64,000 nucleotides of DNA from an uncultured Candidatus Saccharibacteria bacterium. Its GTDB lineage: Bacteria; Patescibacteriota; Saccharimonadia; Saccharimonadales; UBA10212. The translations under genes and the position numbers were made by a program. The notes under the pieces were generated by a model that worked only from the letters and a program-made list of their open reading frames with translations, had not been told where the DNA came from and ran no database searches. The stretch is from NCBI GenBank assembly GCA_964624785.1, contig CAZUXR010000002.1, forward strand, positions 363 to 64,362, given 5' to 3'. Numbering within the stretch: position 1 is the first letter of the stretch; each line of letters opens with the position of its first letter. Below, piece after piece: positions 1-10,208 of the stretch.

Positions 1-462
1 ATTGTTCGGGTCGTAGTTAATGTCAATTGTTTGCCCAGTCGTTAGCGCACAGGCACTACTGGATCCACTAGATGCTGTCTGTGTATATTCTTTGCCATTT
101 ACTGTATATTTAGCCCTTGCCGTACACGAACCACCAGAATTATCTGTACCGTTTGTACTACTTGTCGGCTGGCTAACATTTACTACTGTAGCTGTTGTGG
201 CCGAAGTTAGTTTGTTTATGCCGAATAAGTTCCCAATTAAACCTATTCCAAAAACAAAGACTAAGCCGACCACAATACCAATCAGCGATCCAAAAACACC
301 GCTGCGTCTCTCGCCGCCTAAAGGATTATCAATACCAATGAAACCATCCAAGATAAGCAGCCCGCCGACTGCTTGCTGAGCAGCTGCAAAGGTTGCCGGA
401 TTATTTTGTTCGTAACCGTTCAAAAATTGCTGAGCATGGTTTTTAATTTTTGTGTAAAGCAT
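1..462 (-). CDS. Hypothetical membrane protein (partial; C-terminus lies beyond window start)
   Basis: Minus-strand reading frame from ATG (complement of 460-462) with AAGGAA RBS 7 nt upstream, open to position 1. Translation MLYTKIKNHAQQF...GIVVGLVFVFGIGLIG... contains a TM helix. The listed + ORF 20..379 is its shadow. Confidence 0.4.
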   Translation of the reverse strand, partial: MLYTKIKNHAQQFLNGYEQNNPATFAAAQQAVGGLLILDGFIGIDNPLGGERRSGVFGSLIGIVVGLVFVFGIGLIGNLFGINKLTSATTATVVNVSQPTSSTNGTDNSGGSCTARAKYTVNGKEYTQTASSGSSSACALTTGQTIDINYDPNN

Positions 463-507
463 TTTTATTTCCTTGTTAACTTACTTTGCGTCCTATTACT
501 TTTGTTT

Positions 508-1551
508 CTAATAAAGCTCAAATATAGCCAGCTTTGGGCTAGTGGTATCATATGTACTATCATGCCAGATCAACTTGCCTTTATCGCCCTGTGGAATTTG
601 GAAAATCAATGAGTGAGTGTCATCTGTCTGCTGTGGTTTAAGAGAGACCGCAATAAGCAGTTCGCGGCCAGTAATAGAAACATTTTTGTTCGGTGATCTA
701 TCGCCAAAAGTATTAGCCGTAATAAGCTCTTTGCCGGCCGCAGTTTGGTAGTAGAAGCCACCCGGTACGAAACCCTCCTGGCTTCCAGCATTGGTAACCG
801 AGAAATCAATTTCTATGTACTGCATGCCTGCATCTGGTTTATCGCCAGTTGTTTGAGGATTTGGAACTACTTTTGTAACCTTAACCACAAAACTCTGCGC
901 GGTGGCGGCAGAACCTAGTGGCGTAGAAGTTGTTACGGACGGAGTTGTTTGTTTTTTGGTAGTGGTACAGACCTCACCATTACAGGAAATAGTCGCTCCG
1001 TTTAGATTACTGATATCGTGGACTGCTTTTTTAAGAACCAAAATATCATATGCACCGAAGGACGCCATACAAAGTAGCCAAACTACCAAGATAACAAGCG
1101 CTGCCTTCCGATTCTTGTTATATCCCCGCAACGGAGTACCGTCTTTAGCTTTCGTGTGGTTACTAAGTATCATAACAATGTCGATTACCGCCCAGATACC
1201 AAAACCACCAAAGGTCATTAGTTTTAGAATACCCGTTCCAGTCTTGCCTAAATAAAATCTATCGACGCCTAACATACCCAGAAATAGAGATAATAGGAAA
1301 GCCGCCAAGAACGATTTTTCGCCAGCATTAGCAGAAGCCTGTTCATGGATTGCTGCTAGTGGGCTGGCGGCAGAAGAAGGTATGGCCCTGGGTTGATATT
1401 GATTAGTGGGTTGACTTGGCATTGTGGGTGACGGATTGAAGAAACTATTATCGGGTACGGTGGGGTTAGGACTCGGTTGGGGGGAATAAACTGTTGGTTC
1501 GGGTGGTGTAGGAGGATTTTGAGCTGGCTGTGTTGGCGATTGAGGATCCAT
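508..1551 (-). CDS. TM2-domain membrane protein with Pro-rich N-terminus and extracellular C-terminal (DUF4352-like) domain
   Basis: Motif FLGMLGVDRFYLGKTGTGILKLMTFGGFGIWAVIDIVMI is typical of a TM2 domain. The N-terminal 60 aa are P/Q/T-rich. A second TM follows, then a ~200-aa beta-rich domain. Confidence 0.6.
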   Translation of the reverse strand: MDPQSPTQPAQNPPTPPEPTVYSPQPSPNPTVPDNSFFNPSPTMPSQPTNQYQPRAIPSSAASPLAAIHEQASANAGEKSFLAAFLLSLFLGMLGVDRFYLGKTGTGILKLMTFGGFGIWAVIDIVMILSNHTKAKDGTPLRGYNKNRKAALVILVVWLLCMASFGAYDILVLKKAVHDISNLNGATISCNGEVCTTTKKQTTPSVTTSTPLGSAATAQSFVVKVTKVVPNPQTTGDKPDAGMQYIEIDFSVTNAGSQEGFVPGGFYYQTAAGKELITANTFGDRSPNKNVSITGRELLIAVSLKPQQTDDTHSLIFQIPQGDKGKLIWHDSTYDTTSPKLAIFELY

Positions 1552-1695
1552 TTTTATTTTTCCTATCTTTTTAAATTTACCTTCAAGTTATCATAACGCT
1601 TACGCTTTTCAAACTTTACGCTATAGTTAACCCCTCTTTAGATTTTACGGGTTAAGGCCTATACTTCTTATGGTAAGCGTTAAGTATAAGGACTA

Positions 1696-3138
1696 TTGTT
1701 GACCGTGCAGCATACTCATACGGCACCGCATGTGCCATTAAAAAACTTTAAGCGAACCAAGATTATCGCCACCATTGGTCCGTCTACACATAGTTATGAT
1801 TCAGTACTTAGCCTAATTAAAGCTGGTGCCAATGGAATCCGGCTTAACTTTAGCCACGGTACGCAGGAAGAACGCACTATGCAGATTGGCTGGATCCGCA
1901 GGGCAAGTCTGGAGCGTGGCAAACCAGTGGCGATTATCCAGGATTTACAGGGACCCAAAATCCGACTAGGCGATTTTGATGGGATTATTAATGTTGCTAA
2001 AGGCCAGGAGTTAGCTTTTGAGTATAAGGCAGATTACGCTGTTAGCGGAAACATCCCAACTCAGTACGACTTGAGCAAAAAAGTTAAAAAAGGCGAGCGG
2101 ATTTATATTTACGACGGCAAAGTGCATACCACTGTAACTGGTGTACAAGCCGGCGTGGTGCACGTGATTGCACAAAATGCTGGGATTCTAATAAAACGCA
2201 AAGGTATGAATCTGCCGGATACCGATTTTGCCGGCGATATTATTACTGCCAAAGATCGCTCAGATATTCTGTATGGATCGACCGAGGATATTGACTATGT
2301 GGCGCTAAGTTTTGTCCAAACCGCGCAAGACATTAGAAACCTACGCGAGCTACTTAAAGGCTTAAACAGCACCGCCCGGATTATTGCCAAAATAGAAACC
2401 AAGGCAGCCGTAGATAATATGGAAGAAATAGTCAAAGTAAGCGACGTTGTTATGATTGCCCGCGGCGACCTGGGAGTAGAAACTCCCTCGGAAAGCGTAC
2501 CCATCGTGCAGCGCAAAATTATCGGCCTTGGGCTGCGACATGCCACTCCTACGATTGTAGCGACGCAAATGCTGGCAAGTATGAGCGAGACCCCGGAACC
2601 TACTCGCGCCGAAGTTTCTGATGTCGCTACAGCGGTATTAGTTGGTGCCGATTGCGTAATGCTAAGCGACGAAACGGCGAGCGGCCAGTACCCGTTAGAA
2701 GCTGTAGAAGTTATGAAAAAAGTCGTGCTGTATACAGAGGGTCACCCTCCGCTCAAGGTTAGCTGGCCCGGTAATGAAGACCACAGTGTACAAAGTGTGA
2801 TCAGTAAGGCTGTGTTGAGCTTAGCCGAGGAAGTCAAAGCCAGCGCAATAGTGGCAGAAACTAAGTCAGGCGCTACAGTGAGGCAAATTGCCTCACTTCG
2901 CCCCAATATCCCGCTAATTGCTGTCGCCAGTGAACTACGGGTCGCCCAACAACTGTCGATAGTGTATGCCGCAAAAAGTTACGTTCGACCAGTCGATGCT
3001 ATGGCCGCCACTAAATTGACTAATTGGCTGCAAGAGAACAAGGTGCTAGCAAGCGCCGATGTAATTGTTACCGCGTCTGGCCGCCATCCAGGAGTAGTGG
3101 GCACAACCGACACTATTAAAGTACGTGTACTCGAATAA
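1696..3138 (+). CDS. pyk: Pyruvate kinase
   Basis: KRTKIIATIGP, NFSHG, MIARGDLG and the C-terminal regulatory domain. Start uncertain (TTG 1696, GTG 1705 or GTG 1729). Confidence 0.9.
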   Translation: MLTVQHTHTAPHVPLKNFKRTKIIATIGPSTHSYDSVLSLIKAGANGIRLNFSHGTQEERTMQIGWIRRASLERGKPVAIIQDLQGPKIRLGDFDGIINVAKGQELAFEYKADYAVSGNIPTQYDLSKKVKKGERIYIYDGKVHTTVTGVQAGVVHVIAQNAGILIKRKGMNLPDTDFAGDIITAKDRSDILYGSTEDIDYVALSFVQTAQDIRNLRELLKGLNSTARIIAKIETKAAVDNMEEIVKVSDVVMIARGDLGVETPSESVPIVQRKIIGLGLRHATPTIVATQMLASMSETPEPTRAEVSDVATAVLVGADCVMLSDETASGQYPLEAVEVMKKVVLYTEGHPPLKVSWPGNEDHSVQSVISKAVLSLAEEVKASAIVAETKSGATVRQIASLRPNIPLIAVASELRVAQQLSIVYAAKSYVRPVDAMAATKLTNWLQENKVLASADVIVTASGRHPGVVGTTDTIKVRVLE

Positions 3139-3174
3139 AACGTGCTAATATAGAGTCAATAAAATCGAGGTGGG

Positions 3175-4476
3175 ATGTTCACTAAAAAAACAATTCGCGA
3201 TATTGACCTTCAGGGCAAAACGGTGCTACTGCGCGCCGATTATAATGAGCCGGAAAAAAACGGTAAAATTAGCGACGATTACCGTATAAAAAAATCTTTA
3301 CCAACAGTTAAATACATCCTGGATCAGCCTGGGGCTAAACTTGTAATTATCTCTCATCTTGGGCGGCCAAAAGACGCTAACGACAAAGAATTTAGCTTAA
3401 AGTCCGTGGCTGTACGGTTAGGTGAATTGCTGGATAAAAAAGTACAGTTTGCACCTGATTGTATTGGCGAGCAAGCCAAAAAAGCGGCCACTGAACTCGG
3501 AGCAGGCGGCGTGCTACTACTAGAAAATGTACGGTTCCACCCGCAGGAGGAAGCTAACGACAAAGACTTTGCCCAAGCTATCGTGGATGCCACAGGGGCT
3601 GATGTATTCGTGCAAGACGGATTTGGTGTAGTGCACCGCAAACATGCTACCACCGACGCTATTGCCCACTTATTACCTTCGGTCGCAGGCTTGCTTGTAG
3701 AAAAAGAAGTAGACGTTATTACTGATGTTATGAGTAATCCAACGCGCCCGTGGGTAACAGTTGTTGGTGGTGCAAAAATTAGTGACAAAGTTGATTTTTT
3801 GAACCAGTTGATTGATAAAGCCGACTGCGTTGCAGTGGTTGGGGCGATCGCCAATAATTTTTTGCTGGCCGAAGGGTTTAAAATGGGCAGCAGCATGGTG
3901 GAACCCGAAGCAATGGATATTACTCTAGAAGTTTTGGAACGGGCGCGGATAGCCGAACGTGAGCGTAACTTTCATTTTATGATTCCCGTCGACGTAGTAG
4001 TCTCTAAGCGCAAAGACGGACTTGGCCCAACGCGCATTGTAGACTTAGCAAGCCACTCAATCGATGACATAGAAGCCTACCCTAAAAAGCCAGAACATGC
4101 TGCATATACAATCGCATCAGATGAGATGATGCTGGATATTGGTCCGGTTAGCGCAGCATATGTGGCGGGCGCAATAAAAATGTCTAACACGGTGGTTTGG
4201 AATGGAACAGCGGGCATAACAGAAGTTGCTGGAATCGGCGGGGCGGCTGCTCCGTATACCCACGGAACTCAAATTATAGTTAGTGCCATGATGGGCGCGA
4301 GTAATCGGCACAAAAACAAATCATTTACACTTGTTGGCGGCGGCGACACAGCCGCGTATGTAGAAGGCGAAGGATTGGTTGACGACTTTAGTCACGTTTC
4401 TACAGGAGGTGGGGCTAGTTTGGATCTAATGGCCGGACGCCCCTTGCCTGGTGTAGATGTGTTGCAGGATAAATAG
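3175..4476 (+). CDS. pgk: Phosphoglycerate kinase
   Basis: RADYNEP, ISHLGRP and GGGDTAA motifs. The full-length two-domain PGK is present. Confidence 0.95.
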   Translation: MFTKKTIRDIDLQGKTVLLRADYNEPEKNGKISDDYRIKKSLPTVKYILDQPGAKLVIISHLGRPKDANDKEFSLKSVAVRLGELLDKKVQFAPDCIGEQAKKAATELGAGGVLLLENVRFHPQEEANDKDFAQAIVDATGADVFVQDGFGVVHRKHATTDAIAHLLPSVAGLLVEKEVDVITDVMSNPTRPWVTVVGGAKISDKVDFLNQLIDKADCVAVVGAIANNFLLAEGFKMGSSMVEPEAMDITLEVLERARIAERERNFHFMIPVDVVVSKRKDGLGPTRIVDLASHSIDDIEAYPKKPEHAAYTIASDEMMLDIGPVSAAYVAGAIKMSNTVVWNGTAGITEVAGIGGAAAPYTHGTQIIVSAMMGASNRHKNKSFTLVGGGDTAAYVEGEGLVDDFSHVSTGGGASLDLMAGRPLPGVDVLQDK

Positions 4477-4545
4477 GCTGGTATGAGCGGGTGTTTACAG
4501 TTACAATAAAATCAGATAAAACATAAGCAATAAGCGAGTGGGCCA

Positions 4546-5325
4546 ATGCAAAAACTTTTAATTGTCGGAAACTGGAAAATGCATATGAATGCAAGCCAGG
4601 CTAGTTTGCTTTTGCACCGTTTGCAAGAGCGCATTAGAATCCACACCGACATAGAAGTAGTTTTGGCGCCGCCGATGCTAACCCTGCAACCACTAAGCGT
4701 CCAGCTCGATAGGCGCAAATTCCGGCTGGCGTCACAAAATGCCTATCACCGGGATGAAGGCGCGTTCACCGGCGAGGTTAGCTTTACTATGCTGCGCGAT
4801 CTGGTGCATTACGGGATTGTTGGCCATAACGAACGCCGCCATATTTTTAACGAAGATTTGCCGATGATCCGCGACAAAGTGGCGGCCGCTACTCGCAATG
4901 GCATCACCCCAATTTTGTGCGTAGGCGAAACAAAGCACGAAAGGCAACAAGGCGAAACCAAAAGGGTGTTGCATGATCAAATCATGAGTGGCCTTAGCAA
5001 TTTAACTGCCCGAGAAGTTCAGTCGGCAGTTATTGCCTACGAGCCAGTCTGGGCAATCGGTAGCGGCGAAGTAGCCACCCCAGACCAAGTAACAAGCGCC
5101 GTTGATTATATAAGAAGTTACGTCCGTGACGTATTCGGTCCAAAAGCCGCAAAATACCTACGCGTTCTTTACGGCGGCGACGTTGAAGAAGAAGTAGTTA
5201 GTGGTATGTTGGATGTCCCCGGCGTAGACGGGTTTTTGGTTGGTCACGCCAGTCTTAATTATCTTAGTTTTGAAAGTATTGTAAGTGCTGCCCGCAAATG
5301 GCAAAGAAACAAAGGAGAAGAATAG
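4546..5325 (+). CDS. tpiA: Triosephosphate isomerase
   Basis: GNWKMH, VGHNERR, AYEPVWAIGSG and YGGDV motifs. Confidence 0.95.
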   Translation: MQKLLIVGNWKMHMNASQASLLLHRLQERIRIHTDIEVVLAPPMLTLQPLSVQLDRRKFRLASQNAYHRDEGAFTGEVSFTMLRDLVHYGIVGHNERRHIFNEDLPMIRDKVAAATRNGITPILCVGETKHERQQGETKRVLHDQIMSGLSNLTAREVQSAVIAYEPVWAIGSGEVATPDQVTSAVDYIRSYVRDVFGPKAAKYLRVLYGGDVEEEVVSGMLDVPGVDGFLVGHASLNYLSFESIVSAARKWQRNKGEE

Positions 5326-5327
5326 TA

Positions 5328-6737
5328 ATGCCAAGAGACGACGACATAAAAGTATTCGATGTGAGCAAACCTCATAAAAGCGAGCCAAGTGCCAGCAGCC
5401 GGCCGGTAATCGTAGGTCACCACCCAACCATGGCCGACCCAATGGTTAGAGAGGCTTTTAAGAGTCACCACGGCGATGGGCCAAAAATAGAAGTTAAAGG
5501 TGATGAGGATAACGAGGAAAAAATCGAAACTCATCACACTTTTGGCAAATTCCCGCTCGGCCTAGAAGAAAGCGCCTTTGGCGAGCACAGTAACTTTGGC
5601 AATAAAGAGCATTCGGATCATGAAGATCACGATGACCATATGTCTGAGCACAAAACCTTCGGTGATCATAGTGACCACAAAGAACCAGAGCCACCGTACA
5701 AAATAGAGATGCCTGGCAGTGACGATGATGGTTTGTATAACAATAAGCCTGCTGGACACAATACTCCATTGTTTGCCGATAAATCAGAAGACGAGCCAGA
5801 ATCCCCCAAGCCAAGTCACACTTTTAACACTCCTAAAATGTCCGACTCTGACCATTCCCTGTTTGGTGGGCACAAATCAGATAGCGATATGGGTTCCAAT
5901 ACTCACCACCCTACCGTAAGAGCCGAAGATTGGGTAGAGCCTTCGCCGTTGCATATACCGCATGGTGCCGGGCCATATCGCCGTTGGCCAAAAGTAATAA
6001 GTTGGGTTTTGATACTTTTACTTCTCGTGGTAATCGGTGGCTATCTGGCAATCGATGCTGGAATTGTAAAATCCAACATGAAGCTACCCTTCCATATTTT
6101 TAACAAGCAAAAAACTTCCACTGTTGCCGAACCTGCGCCAGCTCCAGCGCCGGTAGCTAAAGCTGCTACTCCCGCAGCTTCCGCCCTACCTCAAGGATTT
6201 ACTAAATACTCTGTGCCAGACACGACTTTGTCGTTTGCCTACCCAACCGCTTGGGGGGCACCGACTACAACGGCAGATCCTGGGTTTAGCCAGCGCAGCA
6301 CCAAAGGCAAATCAGACGGCACTTATGCCTATGTCATAAATTTTGCTACCAGCAAAGACGTTCAAATTGCCATTAGCTCATCCAAATACCTATTCACGCA
6401 TCCCGACGCTCATTACTACGATTATCTAAAATGGTGTGTTGGTACAAACGACGGTAAATTCTACAAAGAAAGCTTGCACTTTAATACGACCGCCGGCGTA
6501 GACACTCCAAGTACAGTAGCTTGCGACAAAGGTCCGCTAGACACCGCTGTCAAAGTAGACGCCACTACAATCATGCAGCCTAAATACAAAGAATCCGCCA
6601 AAGACATAACAGGCGATCTTTACACCAAAAACCTAAAAGCCAGCGATTTAACCGTGCTGCGTGTCATGGACCTGGCAATGACCAACGGTGCCCAGGTTAA
6701 ACAGCTTCTTGGCACGGTCAAAGAAACCGCTCAATAA
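5328..6737 (+). CDS. Hypothetical membrane protein with His/Asp-rich FG-repeat N-terminal region
   Basis: ATG 5328 is preceded by AAAGGAGAAG and follows the tpiA stop; the track ORF start at 5298 overlaps tpiA. The N-terminal ~220 aa is acidic and His-rich with repeated xFGxHSDH units, followed by one TM (VISWVLILLLLVVIGGYLAI) and a ~240-aa extracellular domain. Confidence 0.6.
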   Translation: MPRDDDIKVFDVSKPHKSEPSASSRPVIVGHHPTMADPMVREAFKSHHGDGPKIEVKGDEDNEEKIETHHTFGKFPLGLEESAFGEHSNFGNKEHSDHEDHDDHMSEHKTFGDHSDHKEPEPPYKIEMPGSDDDGLYNNKPAGHNTPLFADKSEDEPESPKPSHTFNTPKMSDSDHSLFGGHKSDSDMGSNTHHPTVRAEDWVEPSPLHIPHGAGPYRRWPKVISWVLILLLLVVIGGYLAIDAGIVKSNMKLPFHIFNKQKTSTVAEPAPAPAPVAKAATPAASALPQGFTKYSVPDTTLSFAYPTAWGAPTTTADPGFSQRSTKGKSDGTYAYVINFATSKDVQIAISSSKYLFTHPDAHYYDYLKWCVGTNDGKFYKESLHFNTTAGVDTPSTVACDKGPLDTAVKVDATTIMQPKYKESAKDITGDLYTKNLKASDLTVLRVMDLAMTNGAQVKQLLGTVKETAQ

Positions 6738-6789
6738 ACTCAACCACCGCCCCGACTCTGTGTTTCATAGTCTACTTTGCTACAATTAG

Positions 6790-8952
6790 ATGATGGATTT
6801 AGAGGGTGCAAACCAATATACAGCGTTATTTGAAGGGTTAAATCCCGAACAAAAACGCGCTGTGCAGACAACGGAAGGACCGCTATTGATATTGGCGGGC
6901 GCTGGTAGCGGCAAAACCAAAACTCTAACTCACCGCATCGCTTATTTGCTGGCTACAAAAAAAGCTACGCCTTACAATATTTTGGCCGTAACTTTTACCA
7001 ACAAAGCTGCTGGAGAAATGCGCGAACGCGTTGCTAAACTAACCGGCCATAGCGCCGCCAGCCGTGGATTTATGCCGTTTATGGGCACCTTTCACTCCAT
7101 TTGCGTGCGACTGCTTAGGCAAGATGGCCAAGCGGTGGGGATTCCGCACAACTTTGTGATTTGGGATGAGGGCGACCGGACCGCCGCCGTAAGACAGGCC
7201 AGCAAAAAAGCCGGGATCAACGAAAAGACTTTCCCGCCGCGCATGATCGGGAGTTTAATTAGCAGTGCAAAAAACGCTATGGTTAGTCCTAGTGAGTATG
7301 CTTCCACGGCAAACAGCCCAGCTGCTAACGCTGTTGCCAAGGTTTACCCAATCTACGAAGCCAGTTTGCGCGAATGTTCGGCGCTGGATTTTGACGACCT
7401 AATTAGCCGTATGGTTGATCTACTAAAGGGCCAAAAAGAAATCAGACAGAAATGGCAGGACCAATTTAAGTATGTAATGATTGATGAATACCAAGACACT
7501 AACGCCGCGCAGTACGCTCTGGTCAAATTACTTACCAACAACCAGCGCAATATCGCCGTAGTAGGCGACGATTGGCAGAGCATTTACAGCTGGCGCGGAG
7601 CGGATTTTCGCAATATCTTGAACTTTGAGAAAGATTATCCGGATTGCCAAACTATTAAACTAGAACAAAATTATCGCAGCACAAAAAATATTCTTCGTGC
7701 TGCGCATAACGTTATAACTCGCAACGAAAAACGCAGTGACAAAAAATTATGGACGGCCAGCGCGGATGGTTCGCTCGTGCAAGTTGTGTCCGCTGCCAGC
7801 GAACGATCAGAGGCCGAGACAATCGCCCGGCACCTGCAAAGCCATGTCGACATCGGCGCCCGCGCCTACAAAGATTTTGCGATTTTGTACCGCACTAACG
7901 CCCAAAGCCGTGCAATCGAAGAGGTTCTAATTAACTACGCTATTCCGTACCGTATTGTCGGCGGAGTGCGCTTTTACGATCGCAAAGAAGTCAAGGATTT
8001 GGTGGCGTACTTGCGTTTAATTTACCAGCCAGAAGATTACGCCAGTTTTGAGCGAATTGTTAATGTACCAACTCGCGGGGTGGGGACGCGCTCGGTTCAA
8101 GTTTTTAATTCGTGGCGCGAAGCTAACGGATATAGTTTGAACGAAGCGCTGGGCAAAGTCGGCGCTTGCGGCGACATAACTCCCAAAGCTCGCACGGGAC
8201 TGGCCCAAATTGCCGATATTGTAAATACTTTCCATGAACAGATGGAAGACCTAACTCCCGCGGCACTGATCGACACATTAATTCGCCGCCTGGACTATCA
8301 AAAGTATCTGCAAGACGGATCGGTCCAGGGCGAAGCCCGCGTAGAAAACGTCCGCGAACTTTTGAGTGTTGCCGGGCAATATCAGGATTTAGGCCTATCT
8401 GGATTCTTAGAAGAAGTTTCGTTAATTAGCGACTTAGACAAAGCAGATCTAAATGCCAATTCTGTAACCTTAATGACATTGCATGCCGCCAAAGGCCTAG
8501 AATTCCCCGTCGTATTCATTACTGGGCTGGAAGAGACGGTATTCCCACACAGCCGCGCCCTGTACGACGCCGCAGAGATGGAAGAAGAGCGCCGTTTAAT
8601 GTATGTTGGCATGACTCGTGCCCGGGAAGAGCTATATTTACTGCACGCCGTACAACGAATGCTCTATGGCGGCCGCTTGGCCAATCCGCCCAGCCGTTTT
8701 TTGGCCGACATCGGGCCAGAAGCCAGTATGGCGGGATCACCAGCTTACGGTTTGTCGTCGGCTACCACGCCCAAATTCGCTAGCAATGAGCCACGCTACA
8801 TCCCGGAACTAGCCGAAGGTGACGGAGTAAAACACAATATTTTTGGTATAGGTACAATATTGGAACTAAGCGGAGATATCGCCACAATTTATTTTAAGGG
8901 CAAAGGAACTAAAAAGTTGGATATAGGCTTCGCCCCCTTAGAAAAACTATAA
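6790..8952 (+). CDS. pcrA: ATP-dependent DNA helicase, UvrD/PcrA family
   Basis: Walker A GAGSGKTKTLTHR, the DEYQDTN motif, and a UvrD C-terminal region (VGMTRAREELYL). Confidence 0.9.
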   Translation: MMDLEGANQYTALFEGLNPEQKRAVQTTEGPLLILAGAGSGKTKTLTHRIAYLLATKKATPYNILAVTFTNKAAGEMRERVAKLTGHSAASRGFMPFMGTFHSICVRLLRQDGQAVGIPHNFVIWDEGDRTAAVRQASKKAGINEKTFPPRMIGSLISSAKNAMVSPSEYASTANSPAANAVAKVYPIYEASLRECSALDFDDLISRMVDLLKGQKEIRQKWQDQFKYVMIDEYQDTNAAQYALVKLLTNNQRNIAVVGDDWQSIYSWRGADFRNILNFEKDYPDCQTIKLEQNYRSTKNILRAAHNVITRNEKRSDKKLWTASADGSLVQVVSAASERSEAETIARHLQSHVDIGARAYKDFAILYRTNAQSRAIEEVLINYAIPYRIVGGVRFYDRKEVKDLVAYLRLIYQPEDYASFERIVNVPTRGVGTRSVQVFNSWREANGYSLNEALGKVGACGDITPKARTGLAQIADIVNTFHEQMEDLTPAALIDTLIRRLDYQKYLQDGSVQGEARVENVRELLSVAGQYQDLGLSGFLEEVSLISDLDKADLNANSVTLMTLHAAKGLEFPVVFITGLEETVFPHSRALYDAAEMEEERRLMYVGMTRAREELYLLHAVQRMLYGGRLANPPSRFLADIGPEASMAGSPAYGLSSATTPKFASNEPRYIPELAEGDGVKHNIFGIGTILELSGDIATIYFKGKGTKKLDIGFAPLEKL

Positions 8953-8976
8953 AAATGGTATAATTAGAACTGTTAA

Positions 8977-10203
8977 ATGAGTTTGAAAAATACCAGTATC
9001 TTTAGCGGCTACCACCTTATAAAAGGTCACGGCGCACGACATATAAAAAAACGGCCTTACTTGTTGCCGGTTTTTGGCGCGTTGCTTGGGTTGGTTATTG
9101 TTGCCGGAGTTGTTTCGGCTAACGGCGGGCAAACTTATCAGGCGAATTCTTCCCATGTAGTTTTTTTGTACGATAAGGGTAAAAAGCAAACGCTGGACAC
9201 CAAAGCCAAAACGGTCGGCGAACTTATCAATAAACTAAACATGCATCTTATTCCGCAGGATGTTGTCGAGCCCTCGCGCGATAGCCAGATTGTAGAAGAT
9301 AACTTTAGGGTAAATATTTACCGCGCTAGGCCTGTAACTATTGTGGACGAGGGCGGCAATAAACAGGTTGCCGTAACAGCTCAAAAAAGCCCAAGAGTTG
9401 TTGCCCAAGATGCCGGGTTAAAGGTGTATCCAGAAGACACAGCCTCGTTTGCTCAAGGGTCTTTGCGCGATAATATTGTTGGCGAAAAAGTGGATATTGC
9501 GCGTTCTAAACCAATATTCTTTAATCTTTATGGCACGCCCGTAACGCTGCGTACTCAAGCCAAAACCGTGGCTGATCTGCTTAAAGAAAAGAACGTAAAA
9601 ATCGACAGTCAAGATCAAGTTCACCCCTTGCCAGACACACCTGTAATACCCAGCATGCAAATATTTGTTGTTCGTGCTGGTATGCAAATTGCCATGACCG
9701 AAGAGTCAGTGCCCCCACCAACCCAAACCGTACAAGACGCTAATCTGAGCTTGGGCGCCACCGCTACCCGCCAGACCGGAGCACCTGGGAAAAGAGTCGT
9801 AACTTACCAAGTGCAAAAAGATCCATCGGGCAAAGAAATAGGTCGTTCGATTATCCAAAATGTGGTCGTTCAAGAACCTGTGCCCAATATCATTGTTCGC
9901 GGCACACGAGTGCTGGTTAACGGTGATAAATCGTCATGGATGGCAGAAGCCGGAATTTCGGCCAGTGACTATGGTTATGTAAACTTTGTGATTAGTCACG
10001 AATCCAACTGGAATGTGGGCTCGCTGAACGGTAGCGGGTGTGCCGGGCTGGGGCAGGCTTGCCCGGGGTCTAAGTTAGCGGCCGCTTGCCCTGGCTGGCA
10101 AGGCAATCCAGTTTGTCAGCTTAAGTTCTTTAGCGGCTATTCAAGTAGGTATGGTGGTTGGGGTGGATCGTATAATTTTTGGCTCTCGCACCACTACTGG
10201 TAA
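8977..10203 (+). CDS. DUF348/G5-domain cell-wall protein with C-terminal Rpf/Sps-like transglycosylase-like domain (RpfB/YabE-like)
   Basis: An N-terminal TM is followed by repeated ~60-aa DUF348-like units (KTVGELINKLN..., KTVADLLKEKN...), a G5-like segment (TRQTGAPGKRVVTYQV) and a C-terminal ESNWN...NGSG...GLGQ...YGGWGGSYNFWLSHHYW region. A TATAAT box lies 12 nt upstream of the ATG. Confidence 0.55.
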   Translation: MSLKNTSIFSGYHLIKGHGARHIKKRPYLLPVFGALLGLVIVAGVVSANGGQTYQANSSHVVFLYDKGKKQTLDTKAKTVGELINKLNMHLIPQDVVEPSRDSQIVEDNFRVNIYRARPVTIVDEGGNKQVAVTAQKSPRVVAQDAGLKVYPEDTASFAQGSLRDNIVGEKVDIARSKPIFFNLYGTPVTLRTQAKTVADLLKEKNVKIDSQDQVHPLPDTPVIPSMQIFVVRAGMQIAMTEESVPPPTQTVQDANLSLGATATRQTGAPGKRVVTYQVQKDPSGKEIGRSIIQNVVVQEPVPNIIVRGTRVLVNGDKSSWMAEAGISASDYGYVNFVISHESNWNVGSLNGSGCAGLGQACPGSKLAAACPGWQGNPVCQLKFFSGYSSRYGGWGGSYNFWLSHHYW

Positions 10204-10208
10204 ACTCT

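Noticed and set aside
20-379. Six-frame + strand ORF (119 aa) at the window start
   Set aside because: It lies antisense to a better-supported minus-strand gene (ATG at 462, AAGGAA RBS, TM helix), and its translation is low-complexity. Treated as a shadow ORF.
2295-4311. Antisense ORFs inside pyk and pgk (2295..2546, 2362..2568, 3354..3896, 4117..4311)
   Set aside because: They lie opposite strongly conserved glycolytic genes and their translations are low-complexity. Spurious.
5298-5327. Upstream ATG 5298 for the His-rich protein
   Set aside because: It would overlap tpiA by 28 nt. ATG 5328 has an AAAGGAGAAG RBS and abuts the tpiA stop.
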